Shown: piece after piece, positions 16,376 through 25,439 of the stretch | How positions within the stretch are numbered: the first letter of the stretch is position 1 | Layout of the letters: each line of letters opens with the position of its first letter | IMG/VR virus record: IMGVR_UViG_3300040735_000029 | Span: 1-45,356 of that record | DNA length: 45,356 nucleotides | DNA from: a virus | Lineage: Duplodnaviria > Caudoviricetes | Strand: one strand, 5' to 3' | The notes under the pieces: generated by a model | Seen by the model: only the letters and a program-made list of their open reading frames with translations | The model's database searches: none | Told to the model about the DNA's origin: nothing | Program-made: the position numbers and the translations under genes

Positions 16376-18986
16376 CTTCAGCAGGAAAAATTAATCCTGC
16401 AAGCAGAGGGATACCAAGCATCTTTTTCTTAGTCTCATCATCTGCTATAGCATACAGACTTGTTAATGCTGCTGCAGCACCCAATTTGCCTGTTGATGAT
16501 TTCAGGTATTTATCAATTGTCTTTTCATCAAAGCCAAATGACCTGAGTTTTGCTCTGACAGCATTGAGATTGATGTTGGACTTAGACTGGGGAGATACAT
16601 CTGGTGGAGATACTGCCCTGCCCCCAGGACTACCTGCAGGAGTGGGAGTCTCAGTTTTTGCTTTTGGAATGCCAATATTCAGCTGCTTGAGCCTGGAATC
16701 AAGGCCAGACATATCTTCCAGGTCTACAGGCTTCCCATCTGCCCCAGCAGGACTCCTGAGCTCAATATCACCATAGCCACCCATATCAAGGGTGCTATCC
16801 TTCCCAAAAACATTGTAAAGTTGCCTGATACGGGCCTGTATCTGCCCTTCAGGGACTCCCCTCTGTCTCAGGAATGCAATATCTGCCTCTATACTGGCAA
16901 GGTCATGCCTGTTGATATCAGGGGAGTCAAGCCTTGTGCTTTCCTCCATCTCAGGGATAACCTTAGCAGCAGGATCAATGTCCTTCGCTGGCTCATAATC
17001 AAATAAGGGTTTGCTGGGCTCAGGAGTTGCATTTCCTTCAATTACAGGAGGTACTTCAGTCTCAGGAACAGGGTTTACTGTAGCAGCATTGTATTCAGGA
17101 CGAATGTCAAATTCTGTTGGTCTGACAGGAGGTGTTTTGTTGCCTTCCAGAGGAATATCACCAGTAACAGGCTCAGGAGCAGGCTTAATGTCATATACAG
17201 GCCGCAGTTCCACATCACCATAACTTTGTTCCACAGGGTGCTCTGCTGCTTTTCCATGCTCAACACCTCCAAAACTGGTCCCAGGTTCAGCTGCATTTGG
17301 CTCAAAATCATCAGGATATACAGTTGTTCTTATCTTTTCAGGGATATCATCAACCATCTTTCTAACTTGAGCAGTAGTAAATCTCCCTTTGTTGGCCTTG
17401 TGAATTGCAATAGCCAGCCTTGACTTGAAACTGGGATTATCAAAGATGGCAGACATAAGGCTTACAACAGCATACTTGGGTGCAGCTACGCCCATCAGCA
17501 TTGCCAACCTTGTTCTCATACCAAGGACATCAGTGTTTTCAATCCTGCTTGTTGCTCTTTCAAGGTACTTCTGCAGGTTAAGATATTCACCAAGTTTCTT
17601 GTTGAGTGGCCCTATTTCAGGCACAGCCTCTTCAATGGATTGCATGAGAACATTGGCCATGCCCTTTGCAGCAGTTCCCTTACCAGAAAGCACCTGACCA
17701 ATATCATAAGCCCCGCCTTTTCTCAAGTCTTTATACAACCTGCGTTTGATGGTATTGGTTGTTTGTACTGGGACAGAATCAGTTGCAGCATCATATTTTG
17801 GATGCTCTCTAAGCATCCTGATATATTTGTCTGCAACACTATGGATAATATCGCGATGGTTCAGGTCATCAAATGCAGCTTTCCTAACACCATCCATGCT
17901 CCTATCCATTGCCTCAACATTAACTGTATTGGTTACAGGATCAAGCACTCCATTTACCTGGTCCTCAAGGGCCTCCACTCTTTCATATGTCTTTTGCAGG
18001 CCCTTCCCTTTGCGGTTGATTACAGCACCTGTTTCAAGACCAGTATTAATTGCCTTATCAACTTCTGCTGCTTTGCCTTCTTTGATTGTAGGCTTCATTG
18101 CTGATCTGTAAAGATTGCTTGCAGACTTCTCATCAGTCATTGCCCTTACAGTTGCCCTTGCACCCCCCTTTATGGCTTCTTTGCCCAGTCTAGGGGCATG
18201 GGAACCAATCTTGATGCCCATTGCAAGGCCAAGAGGGTCATTCTCTGCCATGTACTGGAGCTCACGCATCTGGAAGTCCATAGGCTGAGTGCCCTTGAAC
18301 TTCTGCCACAGGTCTTTGAGTCCCATAGCAGTAGCAGGATATTCAAGCAAGCCAAGCCCTGCGTGGGCAGCAGCAGACCCAGCACCACCAAAATCACCTT
18401 CCAGAACAGGGGTGGTAATTGACTTGGTTATCTCATATGGAGCAGCGGCCAGGTTTTCACCACTTCTCATAAGAACATGTGGTTTCAAACCTTCCCTGAC
18501 AAGGCCCTTCAGAACATTAGGTTGTTTCAACACTCTCTTTTCTTCAGAGGGTGGAATCTGTTTTTCAGGATCAGGGCCATATACCAGATTGCCAAGAACA
18601 TCACCAACACCCCATCCAATACCAGCCCCACCAAGGCCACCAGCCCCCATAGCACCACCCATAGTGGGGACTCCAGTAGCAATAGCACCAATAACAGCAC
18701 CCAGGCCAGCACCACCATAACGCAAGGATCTTCTTACTGTGGACTTCCATGATGCTCTTTCATCTGATGCCCTGGCAATAATCTTTGCCTTAGCAATTTC
18801 AGCCTTGCTCAGCTTCCTGATGGGCTGGTTGTGAGGGTCTTTTGGATTAGTGCCTGCTTGAAAGCCCTTGGGCAGGGGAGGGATATCAGCCTTGGCAGTT
18901 TCCTCCTGCTCAGGTTCTCCATATACAGGACCAGTTATGCGGAATCCATCAGGTATTTCTGGGAGCACAAAATTATCAGAAGCCAT
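16353..18986 (-). CDS. large internal virion/DNA-ejection protein
   Basis: last of three large helical proteins after the tail genes (P22 gp7/gp20/gp16-like order); Gly-rich hydrophobic segment and Pro/Glu linker. Confidence 0.65.
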   Translation of the reverse strand: MASDNFVLPEIPDGFRITGPVYGEPEQEETAKADIPPLPKGFQAGTNPKDPHNQPIRKLSKAEIAKAKIIARASDERASWKSTVRRSLRYGGAGLGAVIGAIATGVPTMGGAMGAGGLGGAGIGWGVGDVLGNLVYGPDPEKQIPPSEEKRVLKQPNVLKGLVREGLKPHVLMRSGENLAAAPYEITKSITTPVLEGDFGGAGSAAAHAGLGLLEYPATAMGLKDLWQKFKGTQPMDFQMRELQYMAENDPLGLAMGIKIGSHAPRLGKEAIKGGARATVRAMTDEKSASNLYRSAMKPTIKEGKAAEVDKAINTGLETGAVINRKGKGLQKTYERVEALEDQVNGVLDPVTNTVNVEAMDRSMDGVRKAAFDDLNHRDIIHSVADKYIRMLREHPKYDAATDSVPVQTTNTIKRRLYKDLRKGGAYDIGQVLSGKGTAAKGMANVLMQSIEEAVPEIGPLNKKLGEYLNLQKYLERATSRIENTDVLGMRTRLAMLMGVAAPKYAVVSLMSAIFDNPSFKSRLAIAIHKANKGRFTTAQVRKMVDDIPEKIRTTVYPDDFEPNAAEPGTSFGGVEHGKAAEHPVEQSYGDVELRPVYDIKPAPEPVTGDIPLEGNKTPPVRPTEFDIRPEYNAATVNPVPETEVPPVIEGNATPEPSKPLFDYEPAKDIDPAAKVIPEMEESTRLDSPDINRHDLASIEADIAFLRQRGVPEGQIQARIRQLYNVFGKDSTLDMGGYGDIELRSPAGADGKPVDLEDMSGLDSRLKQLNIGIPKAKTETPTPAGSPGGRAVSPPDVSPQSKSNINLNAVRAKLRSFGFDEKTIDKYLKSSTGKLGAAAALTSLYAIADDETKKKMLGIPLLAGLIFPAEVAKKIQK

Positions 18987-18995
18987 ATCAACTCC

Positions 18996-20366
18996 TTACT
19001 TCACAGGTTTGCCAGTACGATCAACCCACCCAGTTCTATCCTTGTTCAGATAGATAGTCTCACCAGTCTTTGGGTTGTATGCTGTTGTGGCCTCTGGATT
19101 GCTCTTGGGTAATGCTTTCTGTGGTGCTTTCCTGCCTGTCCCAGTATAGGGGATTGTTGCAGGGGCAGCTCTACCAACTGATGCCTGTCTGCGTTCAAAT
19201 GTCTTGATAACAGTCTGGTTCTTTCTGCGGATATTACGCAATGCCTGCTGGATACTGGCAAGACTTGTGTCTCCAGCACCAGACAGGTTGAACATCAAGG
19301 TAGCATCAGAGTTGGATATCTGGGGGCCAAGGAGCTTTTTGAAAGCCTCCATATTGTTCATCATGAGACGCTCAAACACCTTGCGGTCACCAGAGTTGAG
19401 GACATCCTCAAACAAGGGGTCAATGGAGCCGAGCCACCCTCTGAACTTTGCAGTAACCCCACCAATGTTCCTGGGATTCTTCTTAATGAGAGCTTCAGCC
19501 TCGTCAACAATCTCCATGGAATCCTGGGCATTGTAGTAGTCATCCTTGCCCTTTATGAGAGCTTCACTCTCCTGCTTGCCTGCTGCCTTAGATGATTCCA
19601 ACTCTGCCTGGAGCCTTGGATTGAGCCTTGCCCACCCTTGTTGGATACGTTCATTACTCTGATTAATGCGTTGGGTCTCATTGCTGACCCTCTGCTGCTT
19701 TGTAGTATCAACAACATGAACAGTGACCATCCCATTGGGTTGAGTAACCATGATTGCCTTCTGGCCACCACCTATGTCCTGGGTGATAAGGTCACCAGCA
19801 GCATTAACATCAATGGTATCAATGGTTCTGGGGTCAATAATCTGTTGCCCATTGAGCCTATTCAGATTATCTGCCTGTATCTGAAGTGCCTGTTTGATGG
19901 AAGCTGTATCAAAGCCTGCTTTCCTCATATCAGAGACGCTCTTCATCACATTGGTGAGCATAGTCTGTGAGCGTTGGTCAATCTTTGAAGATACATCTAT
20001 GGCATTGCCAAAATTCTTCAAGCCCTCCCAGTCTCCACGGCTTGCAAGATAGTCTGCTACCTTGCTTTGAATATCCTGTTGAGTATATGCAGGGACTTGC
20101 TTATTTGATATGGAGAAATCAGTATTAATCCTTGATGGATCTGCAGAGGGCACAGTGGATGCTGTAATATCAGGGACAGTCTTGGTCTGGTTCCCTGAGG
20201 CATATATAGCTGCAAGCCCCCTCTTTGTCTCTGCATCCTCTGCAGCAGCATCCATCTGGAGCTTTAAGGCAGCATCTCTGTTCCTCTGCTGGCTGAGAGT
20301 ATCAACAGCATTCCCAACCTGATTCATCCCTTCAACAAGTCCACCCCAAGGGTTTATAACATCCAT
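18996..20366 (-). CDS. internal virion/DNA-ejection protein
   Basis: position; Q/A-rich helical; ISNSD motif and C-terminal TAYNPKTGE. Confidence 0.6.
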   Translation of the reverse strand: MDVINPWGGLVEGMNQVGNAVDTLSQQRNRDAALKLQMDAAAEDAETKRGLAAIYASGNQTKTVPDITASTVPSADPSRINTDFSISNKQVPAYTQQDIQSKVADYLASRGDWEGLKNFGNAIDVSSKIDQRSQTMLTNVMKSVSDMRKAGFDTASIKQALQIQADNLNRLNGQQIIDPRTIDTIDVNAAGDLITQDIGGGQKAIMVTQPNGMVTVHVVDTTKQQRVSNETQRINQSNERIQQGWARLNPRLQAELESSKAAGKQESEALIKGKDDYYNAQDSMEIVDEAEALIKKNPRNIGGVTAKFRGWLGSIDPLFEDVLNSGDRKVFERLMMNNMEAFKKLLGPQISNSDATLMFNLSGAGDTSLASIQQALRNIRRKNQTVIKTFERRQASVGRAAPATIPYTGTGRKAPQKALPKSNPEATTAYNPKTGETIYLNKDRTGWVDRTGKPVK

Positions 20367-20377
20367 ATCAAGCTCCT

Positions 20378-21379
20378 TTACAGGCCAAACAGTGTGGCAT
20401 AGGTGCCCAGGTCGCTAGTGGCTGCGCTAGCTACAGCCGCATCAGCTGCTGCTGCCTCACCAAGACCAGCAGCAGCACTCCCAGACCCCCACCACCCAGC
20501 CTTCTGTCCATAGTCTGCCAACTTGAGGCCATTGGAAAATGCACTCCCTGAAACATTGCCCAGGCCTGACCAAAGAGCAGCTTCAGCAGCTCCTGACTGG
20601 GCCTGGGCATTGCCAAGTTGGTTCATAGCATTCTGATAGGCACTTGTGTAGTTATTGCTTGCCTGCCCAGCACTACCAGAGGCATTCTGACCAATCTTAA
20701 CAGCATCCAGAAGGGTGTTGTATTGGTTCTGGTTGATGTCCCTTTTCTGGGCAAACTCAGCCTGTAGTGCCTTATACCTATCAGTCAACTGTGCTTTGTA
20801 ATCAGAGTAACCAGTCTGGTCATACTTCTGATTAAGCTCAGCAAGTCTTGAAGACATTGTCCCTGGGGAATAGGATATGCCAAACTTCTGGGCCTGTTTA
20901 TTAAGAGCAGCTTTCCCAAGGGAACGCATGGCTGCTGTCCCAGGATCATCCTCATAATTTCCAAGCTCATTGGTGACCACATCATCATATTCAGGGGCTT
21001 GCATCTTCTTACCTGTCCACGGATCAGCAAGCAGGTCAAAAGGAGTCCCATCACCTTTTACAGTCTTGGTGTTTCCTGCAAAGTAATTGCCTTTATCATC
21101 TTTGTACCAGAGCTTGTTCTTGTCAAGTTTTTTCCTCTTGACTTCATCCCCAGTCATCAGAGTCAGGTATGGGTCTTCATAGGTCACATCCTGGCCATAC
21201 AGCTGGCCAAGCCCATAGTACCCTGCCTGTTGATATGGGTAGAATATTCTTCGGTTGATATCATATTGACGCTGTGCCTCATCAACCTGGGCCATAGCAG
21301 CATCTTTCTGCTTCTTTGCAGCACTTTTCTGGGCATTGCTACCCATGATTGCCCCTACAGTTCCTGAGACAATACTCAT
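20378..21379 (-). CDS. DNA transfer/pilot protein (P22 gp7-like)
   Basis: GAIMGSNAQKSAAKKQ, PYQQAG, GQNAS...GNAQAQS pattern. Confidence 0.75.
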   Translation of the reverse strand: MSIVSGTVGAIMGSNAQKSAAKKQKDAAMAQVDEAQRQYDINRRIFYPYQQAGYYGLGQLYGQDVTYEDPYLTLMTGDEVKRKKLDKNKLWYKDDKGNYFAGNTKTVKGDGTPFDLLADPWTGKKMQAPEYDDVVTNELGNYEDDPGTAAMRSLGKAALNKQAQKFGISYSPGTMSSRLAELNQKYDQTGYSDYKAQLTDRYKALQAEFAQKRDINQNQYNTLLDAVKIGQNASGSAGQASNNYTSAYQNAMNQLGNAQAQSGAAEAALWSGLGNVSGSAFSNGLKLADYGQKAGWWGSGSAAAGLGEAAAADAAVASAATSDLGTYATLFGL

Positions 21380-21825
21380 GGCTGTATCTCCTTCACATAG
21401 TGCTTTTCAACAAGACAATACCCTCTGCGGGCATATATCTTTTCCAGTACATCAGGGAATGAATCTGAGAGGTGTATCAAAGCCACCTTCTCACATTCCT
21501 GGTCCTTGGCCCATTCTTCAAAAACTCCAAGCAGCTTTATGCCATGACCTCTGTATTCTTTATCAACAAACCAGAATGTCTCAACTGCCACCATAATCCC
21601 TGAGTGAATATCAGGATATGCAACTCCTGCTATTCCTCCAACTACCTTGCCATCAATCTTCAGGGCAAACATACAGCCAAGCCCAGATTCAATGAATGAT
21701 GTGTAATTCTTTATGCAAATAGCCACATCAACAATGACGTGTTTGGAATACTCAAGCTGATATGCCCTGCCTAAATGGCATAGCTTAATGACTTCTTCAT
21801 TGGTAGCAGGAGTTATCTCAATCAT
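21376..21825 (-). CDS. GNAT acetyltransferase
   Basis: WFVDKEYRGHGIKLL...FEEWAK...IYARRGY. Confidence 0.88.
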   Translation of the reverse strand: MIEITPATNEEVIKLCHLGRAYQLEYSKHVIVDVAICIKNYTSFIESGLGCMFALKIDGKVVGGIAGVAYPDIHSGIMVAVETFWFVDKEYRGHGIKLLGVFEEWAKDQECEKVALIHLSDSFPDVLEKIYARRGYCLVEKHYVKEIQP

Positions 21826-22873
21826 TGTTTGCCTCAGGAAAGCAATACATGCCCCTCTGTTTTATGTAATCTGTGAACTCAACAACCAATGGCTGATTCT
21901 TTACAGGATTGGCATTTACCCCACAGAATTTCTGGAGATATACTGGGAACACATTCCAGGGACGGGCCTTCAGGTCTTCAAATTCAGCAGCTACATCAGA
22001 TTCAGTTTCACCCTCAAATCCCACGATAACATTGCCATGGTATCCAACATCATTGGCTTCAAGAATTGATAAGCCATTCTCAATCTGTTCCACTGTAATG
22101 TTCTTATTCATCTTGTCCAGCTTTTCCTGGGAGAAGGATTCAATCCCAACAATACAATAGACAAGGCCGGACCTTTTGGCCAACTTGATAACAGAATCTG
22201 TAATATTATCAAGTCTCAGGGCACAGGTCCAGGCAACACCTTTGTTAAGCATCATCCTACATATGGCTTCAAATCTATTTAAATTTGCATTGAGAGTATT
22301 GTCATTGAATACAATCATGTCAAGCTGGTATCTGCTTATGTAATAATCAATCTCTTGCTCAACAGCAAGCAAATTTCTCACCCTAAAAGGGGAGATACTA
22401 GAGCAGAAGGAACAACTGTGAGGACAGCCTCTTGATGTAAGGACTCCCATGTATTTACATGGGTGCCTTCTATGATATTCAGATATGCCAAAGCCAACAT
22501 AATCAGGCCAAGGGATATTGTCAATAGGCAGGTAGCCATCAAACTCCCCACCATAAAGGCAGTTGATATGGTTAACCATCTTTTCAGGAGTATATGTTGC
22601 CAGTCCTCCACCAAGGTGGGTGCAGATGCCCTTTTCCCTGCAGATACTGGCAACTCTCTTAATCTCAGATTCAAACTCGCCATATCCTGTGAAGAAGACA
22701 TTGGAGACACCAACAAGCTCTTTCTCCAAGTCATAGTCAAACAGATTACAGTTGAGCACTTTGACTTTGTGACCATATTCTTTGAGAGCTGCAGAAACAT
22801 ACATAAACCCAAGTGGATAGCAGCAAGGGTCATCAAGTGATACATCATATTTGGGAAGATATAACAGGACCAC
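21818..22873 (-). CDS. cobalamin-binding radical SAM enzyme (class B methyltransferase-like)
   Basis: YPLGFMYVSAALKEYGHKV B12-domain start, GGGLAT, TSRGCPHSCSFC, FNDNT, GIES, VGFEGET. Confidence 0.9.
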   Translation of the reverse strand: MVLLYLPKYDVSLDDPCCYPLGFMYVSAALKEYGHKVKVLNCNLFDYDLEKELVGVSNVFFTGYGEFESEIKRVASICREKGICTHLGGGLATYTPEKMVNHINCLYGGEFDGYLPIDNIPWPDYVGFGISEYHRRHPCKYMGVLTSRGCPHSCSFCSSISPFRVRNLLAVEQEIDYYISRYQLDMIVFNDNTLNANLNRFEAICRMMLNKGVAWTCALRLDNITDSVIKLAKRSGLVYCIVGIESFSQEKLDKMNKNITVEQIENGLSILEANDVGYHGNVIVGFEGETESDVAAEFEDLKARPWNVFPVYLQKFCGVNANPVKNQPLVVEFTDYIKQRGMYCFPEANND

Positions 22874-22881
22874 ATCAACTC

Positions 22882-23991
22882 CTATGCAGGCTCAAATATT
22901 TCATACGCCACAACAGAAGTGTCTGTTGCATCTGAACTTGTTATTGTGAAACTTGTACCTGCCACTCTTGCTGTTACAGCTATTGCTTTGGGTGATGCCA
23001 CCGTTCCTAATGATTGCACTGTCAGGAATATTCGACTGCTGGCAGTAGCAGCTGTGTTGCTCACCGTCACAGTACCCGCCACCAACGTTGCAGTACCTTG
23101 TTTGCAATTGGTCCCCTCCTTTACCCGGAGGCCATACCCTGCTGTTATAACACCTATTGAGCCACCAGATACAGTCAGTTTGTATGTTGTTGTTATGCTG
23201 CCAAGTCCAACATTACCATATGTGCCAAGGATTGTTGTTCCATTCCGTCTGAGATAAAGAGCTGCACTTATTGTTACAGTATTACCATTTATGTGAATGA
23301 GTCTAGCTGATCCTGTGGAAGTTTCAACATCCAGAACAGCCCTATCAATGTTTCCTGCTCCTGATTGGTCAAGCCTCCTGACACAATGTGAGGCATATGT
23401 TGTTGAAGTGTCAGTGCCTGCGTAACAGTTTCCCCAGACAACATTTGCTGTTGTGTGTATGCTCTGTGGCAGAGAAAGAACAGGATTCCCAGAAACTCCA
23501 TCTCCATCTGATACAATTACCTGGTTGTCAGTTCCTGTTATTGTTCTCCCAGTAAAAGTGTTCTCTGCAGTCTGCGTCATGAGCCCATTGGTATTATAGT
23601 GAGCAAAGGCTTGCAGAGTATCATTAACCACAAGAGGATCAGCAACAGTTCCCTTCCCCTCCAGGGTATCATCATGAGCAACTGAGTTAAGATATATCCC
23701 ATCAAAGTATGACTTGAGAGTTGCCTTTACATTTAACCAGGCAATCTTGTGTACAATGCCACTGGTGGATACTGGGAGGGTATTTACATCATCAACAGTG
23801 GTAATTGCATCAGGACTATCAATATCCAGGCCAAAAGGCTTAGATATAGTGCCATCCCCTTTTAAGGTGTTGTCGTGGCTTAGGAATATGGCCTTGACAC
23901 CATTGAACATTTCACAGATTTGATAGAACCATCTGTAAAGTTCATTCTGGTTTCCTGATGTGGGAGGCTTTGATAGCACAGGGAAATTCAT
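22882..23991 (-). CDS. tail fibre/needle-like structural protein
   Basis: repeated HDxTLxGxGT motif, DGVSGNP, C-terminal GTATLVAGTVTVSNT domain. Confidence 0.7.
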   Translation of the reverse strand: MNFPVLSKPPTSGNQNELYRWFYQICEMFNGVKAIFLSHDNTLKGDGTISKPFGLDIDSPDAITTVDDVNTLPVSTSGIVHKIAWLNVKATLKSYFDGIYLNSVAHDDTLEGKGTVADPLVVNDTLQAFAHYNTNGLMTQTAENTFTGRTITGTDNQVIVSDGDGVSGNPVLSLPQSIHTTANVVWGNCYAGTDTSTTYASHCVRRLDQSGAGNIDRAVLDVETSTGSARLIHINGNTVTISAALYLRRNGTTILGTYGNVGLGSITTTYKLTVSGGSIGVITAGYGLRVKEGTNCKQGTATLVAGTVTVSNTAATASSRIFLTVQSLGTVASPKAIAVTARVAGTSFTITSSDATDTSVVAYEIFEPA

Positions 23992-25439
23992 CAGTTCCTC
24001 AGCTTCAATACTTCTTCTTCCATACCCATGAGAGCCATATCAGCAGCATCAGTCATTATGAACTCATACTGCCTTGACCTGTATACCCCCATCCTTTTCA
24101 GGATGGCATAGTGGCTGTTCTGGCTACCTGATTGAATTGGGAGTTCAGCAGCTGATGACCATTCAGGTCTTCCATCATCTCTCCATCTTACAAGTATGGT
24201 AGCTGCAGAAGGATTGTAGCCTTTGAGCTTTATGATCAATTGATCACTTCGCTTCCTGTTATAGGTGCCATGGTCGATCCAGCCTGTAATGACTGAAGAC
24301 CTTATGGGGTTTCCATCATCTGTATATGCTGATCTTGATACTTCATACAGATTGCCTGACTGGGAAAGTGATACGTACTTCCCCCAGGACTTGGCAAAGG
24401 TGTGGAATGTTCCGCTGAACAGCTTATGTCTTGCATTTGATAAATCCCAGGAACTCCACTTGCTCCAGATATCATTCTTGAAGTCATAGACCAGGGTCAG
24501 GTCTGATGCTGGGAATGATATTATGTACAAGTTTAAGCCACCAGCAAAGCAGAGTGAACCAATAGCATCATCAACAGTATGGATACCCTGGATGATGTTG
24601 GCTATTGGCTCAGATACAATGCTTGGATTCCGATTGCTTATGGTGATTATTGCCCTTTTGCCAGACATATCACCAATAGCATACACTGTATTGTTTGCCA
24701 TGACAACAGAGTATGGAGAGCAGCACCCAGCCTCAATAGAGCTACCAATCAGTGGTGATATGGGGTTGATGCCATCTTCTTGCCAGACCTCACATAGCTG
24801 TGATCCCCAAATGTATATCTCATTCCATCCAGTGTAGATGCCTGTGATAGGGTCAGCCTTCTGAGTTGCTCTGAAAGGGTTGGCACTTGAAGACCAGTAA
24901 GTGGCATCAAGAACTTCAACAGCAGGATCAGGGTTGTAATCAGTGATCAGGAAGTCTTGGTCATGTAAAATATCATTGGCTATAAACCTATTGTTTAAGC
25001 TAGCAATGAAGGTGGACTGTGGAGTTGTTAAATCAGCTGGAGTGCTGATAGTATCGGCATTTGCATTGATCAGACGTAGTTTCCCACCACTAGCTGCATA
25101 TATTACTGGGGTCAAGTCTATGAGCTGACCTTCAGCAAATACTGCAGGTAGGACATTGCCAGGGATTGCTCCTATGAGTTTTGATGTTGCTGTAGCAGAA
25201 GTCTTGACATACAGCTTTCCATTCAAAGCATAATACAGGCCTTTCTTTCTATCTGACCAGTACAGGCCTTGGCCAACATACTCATTGTGCTTTTCAATGG
25301 CTGTAAGCCCAGGTCTGCGCCTTATTGCATATCCACCTGTAGGGATTGCTTCAAAGCAGACATTGAAAGCATCTACCAGGGACACAGTATTTGCTGCCTG
25401 GTCTCCATTGTAGTATGGCTTTGTAAAGAGTATATCCAT
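23991..25439 (-). CDS. tail hub / DNA stabilisation protein (P22 gp10-like)
   Basis: beta-rich; RRPGL, EVW, TLVYD...W, WRDDG...WS, MGVYRSR. Confidence 0.8.
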   Translation of the reverse strand: MDILFTKPYYNGDQAANTVSLVDAFNVCFEAIPTGGYAIRRRPGLTAIEKHNEYVGQGLYWSDRKKGLYYALNGKLYVKTSATATSKLIGAIPGNVLPAVFAEGQLIDLTPVIYAASGGKLRLINANADTISTPADLTTPQSTFIASLNNRFIANDILHDQDFLITDYNPDPAVEVLDATYWSSSANPFRATQKADPITGIYTGWNEIYIWGSQLCEVWQEDGINPISPLIGSSIEAGCCSPYSVVMANNTVYAIGDMSGKRAIITISNRNPSIVSEPIANIIQGIHTVDDAIGSLCFAGGLNLYIISFPASDLTLVYDFKNDIWSKWSSWDLSNARHKLFSGTFHTFAKSWGKYVSLSQSGNLYEVSRSAYTDDGNPIRSSVITGWIDHGTYNRKRSDQLIIKLKGYNPSAATILVRWRDDGRPEWSSAAELPIQSGSQNSHYAILKRMGVYRSRQYEFIMTDAADMALMGMEEEVLKLRN

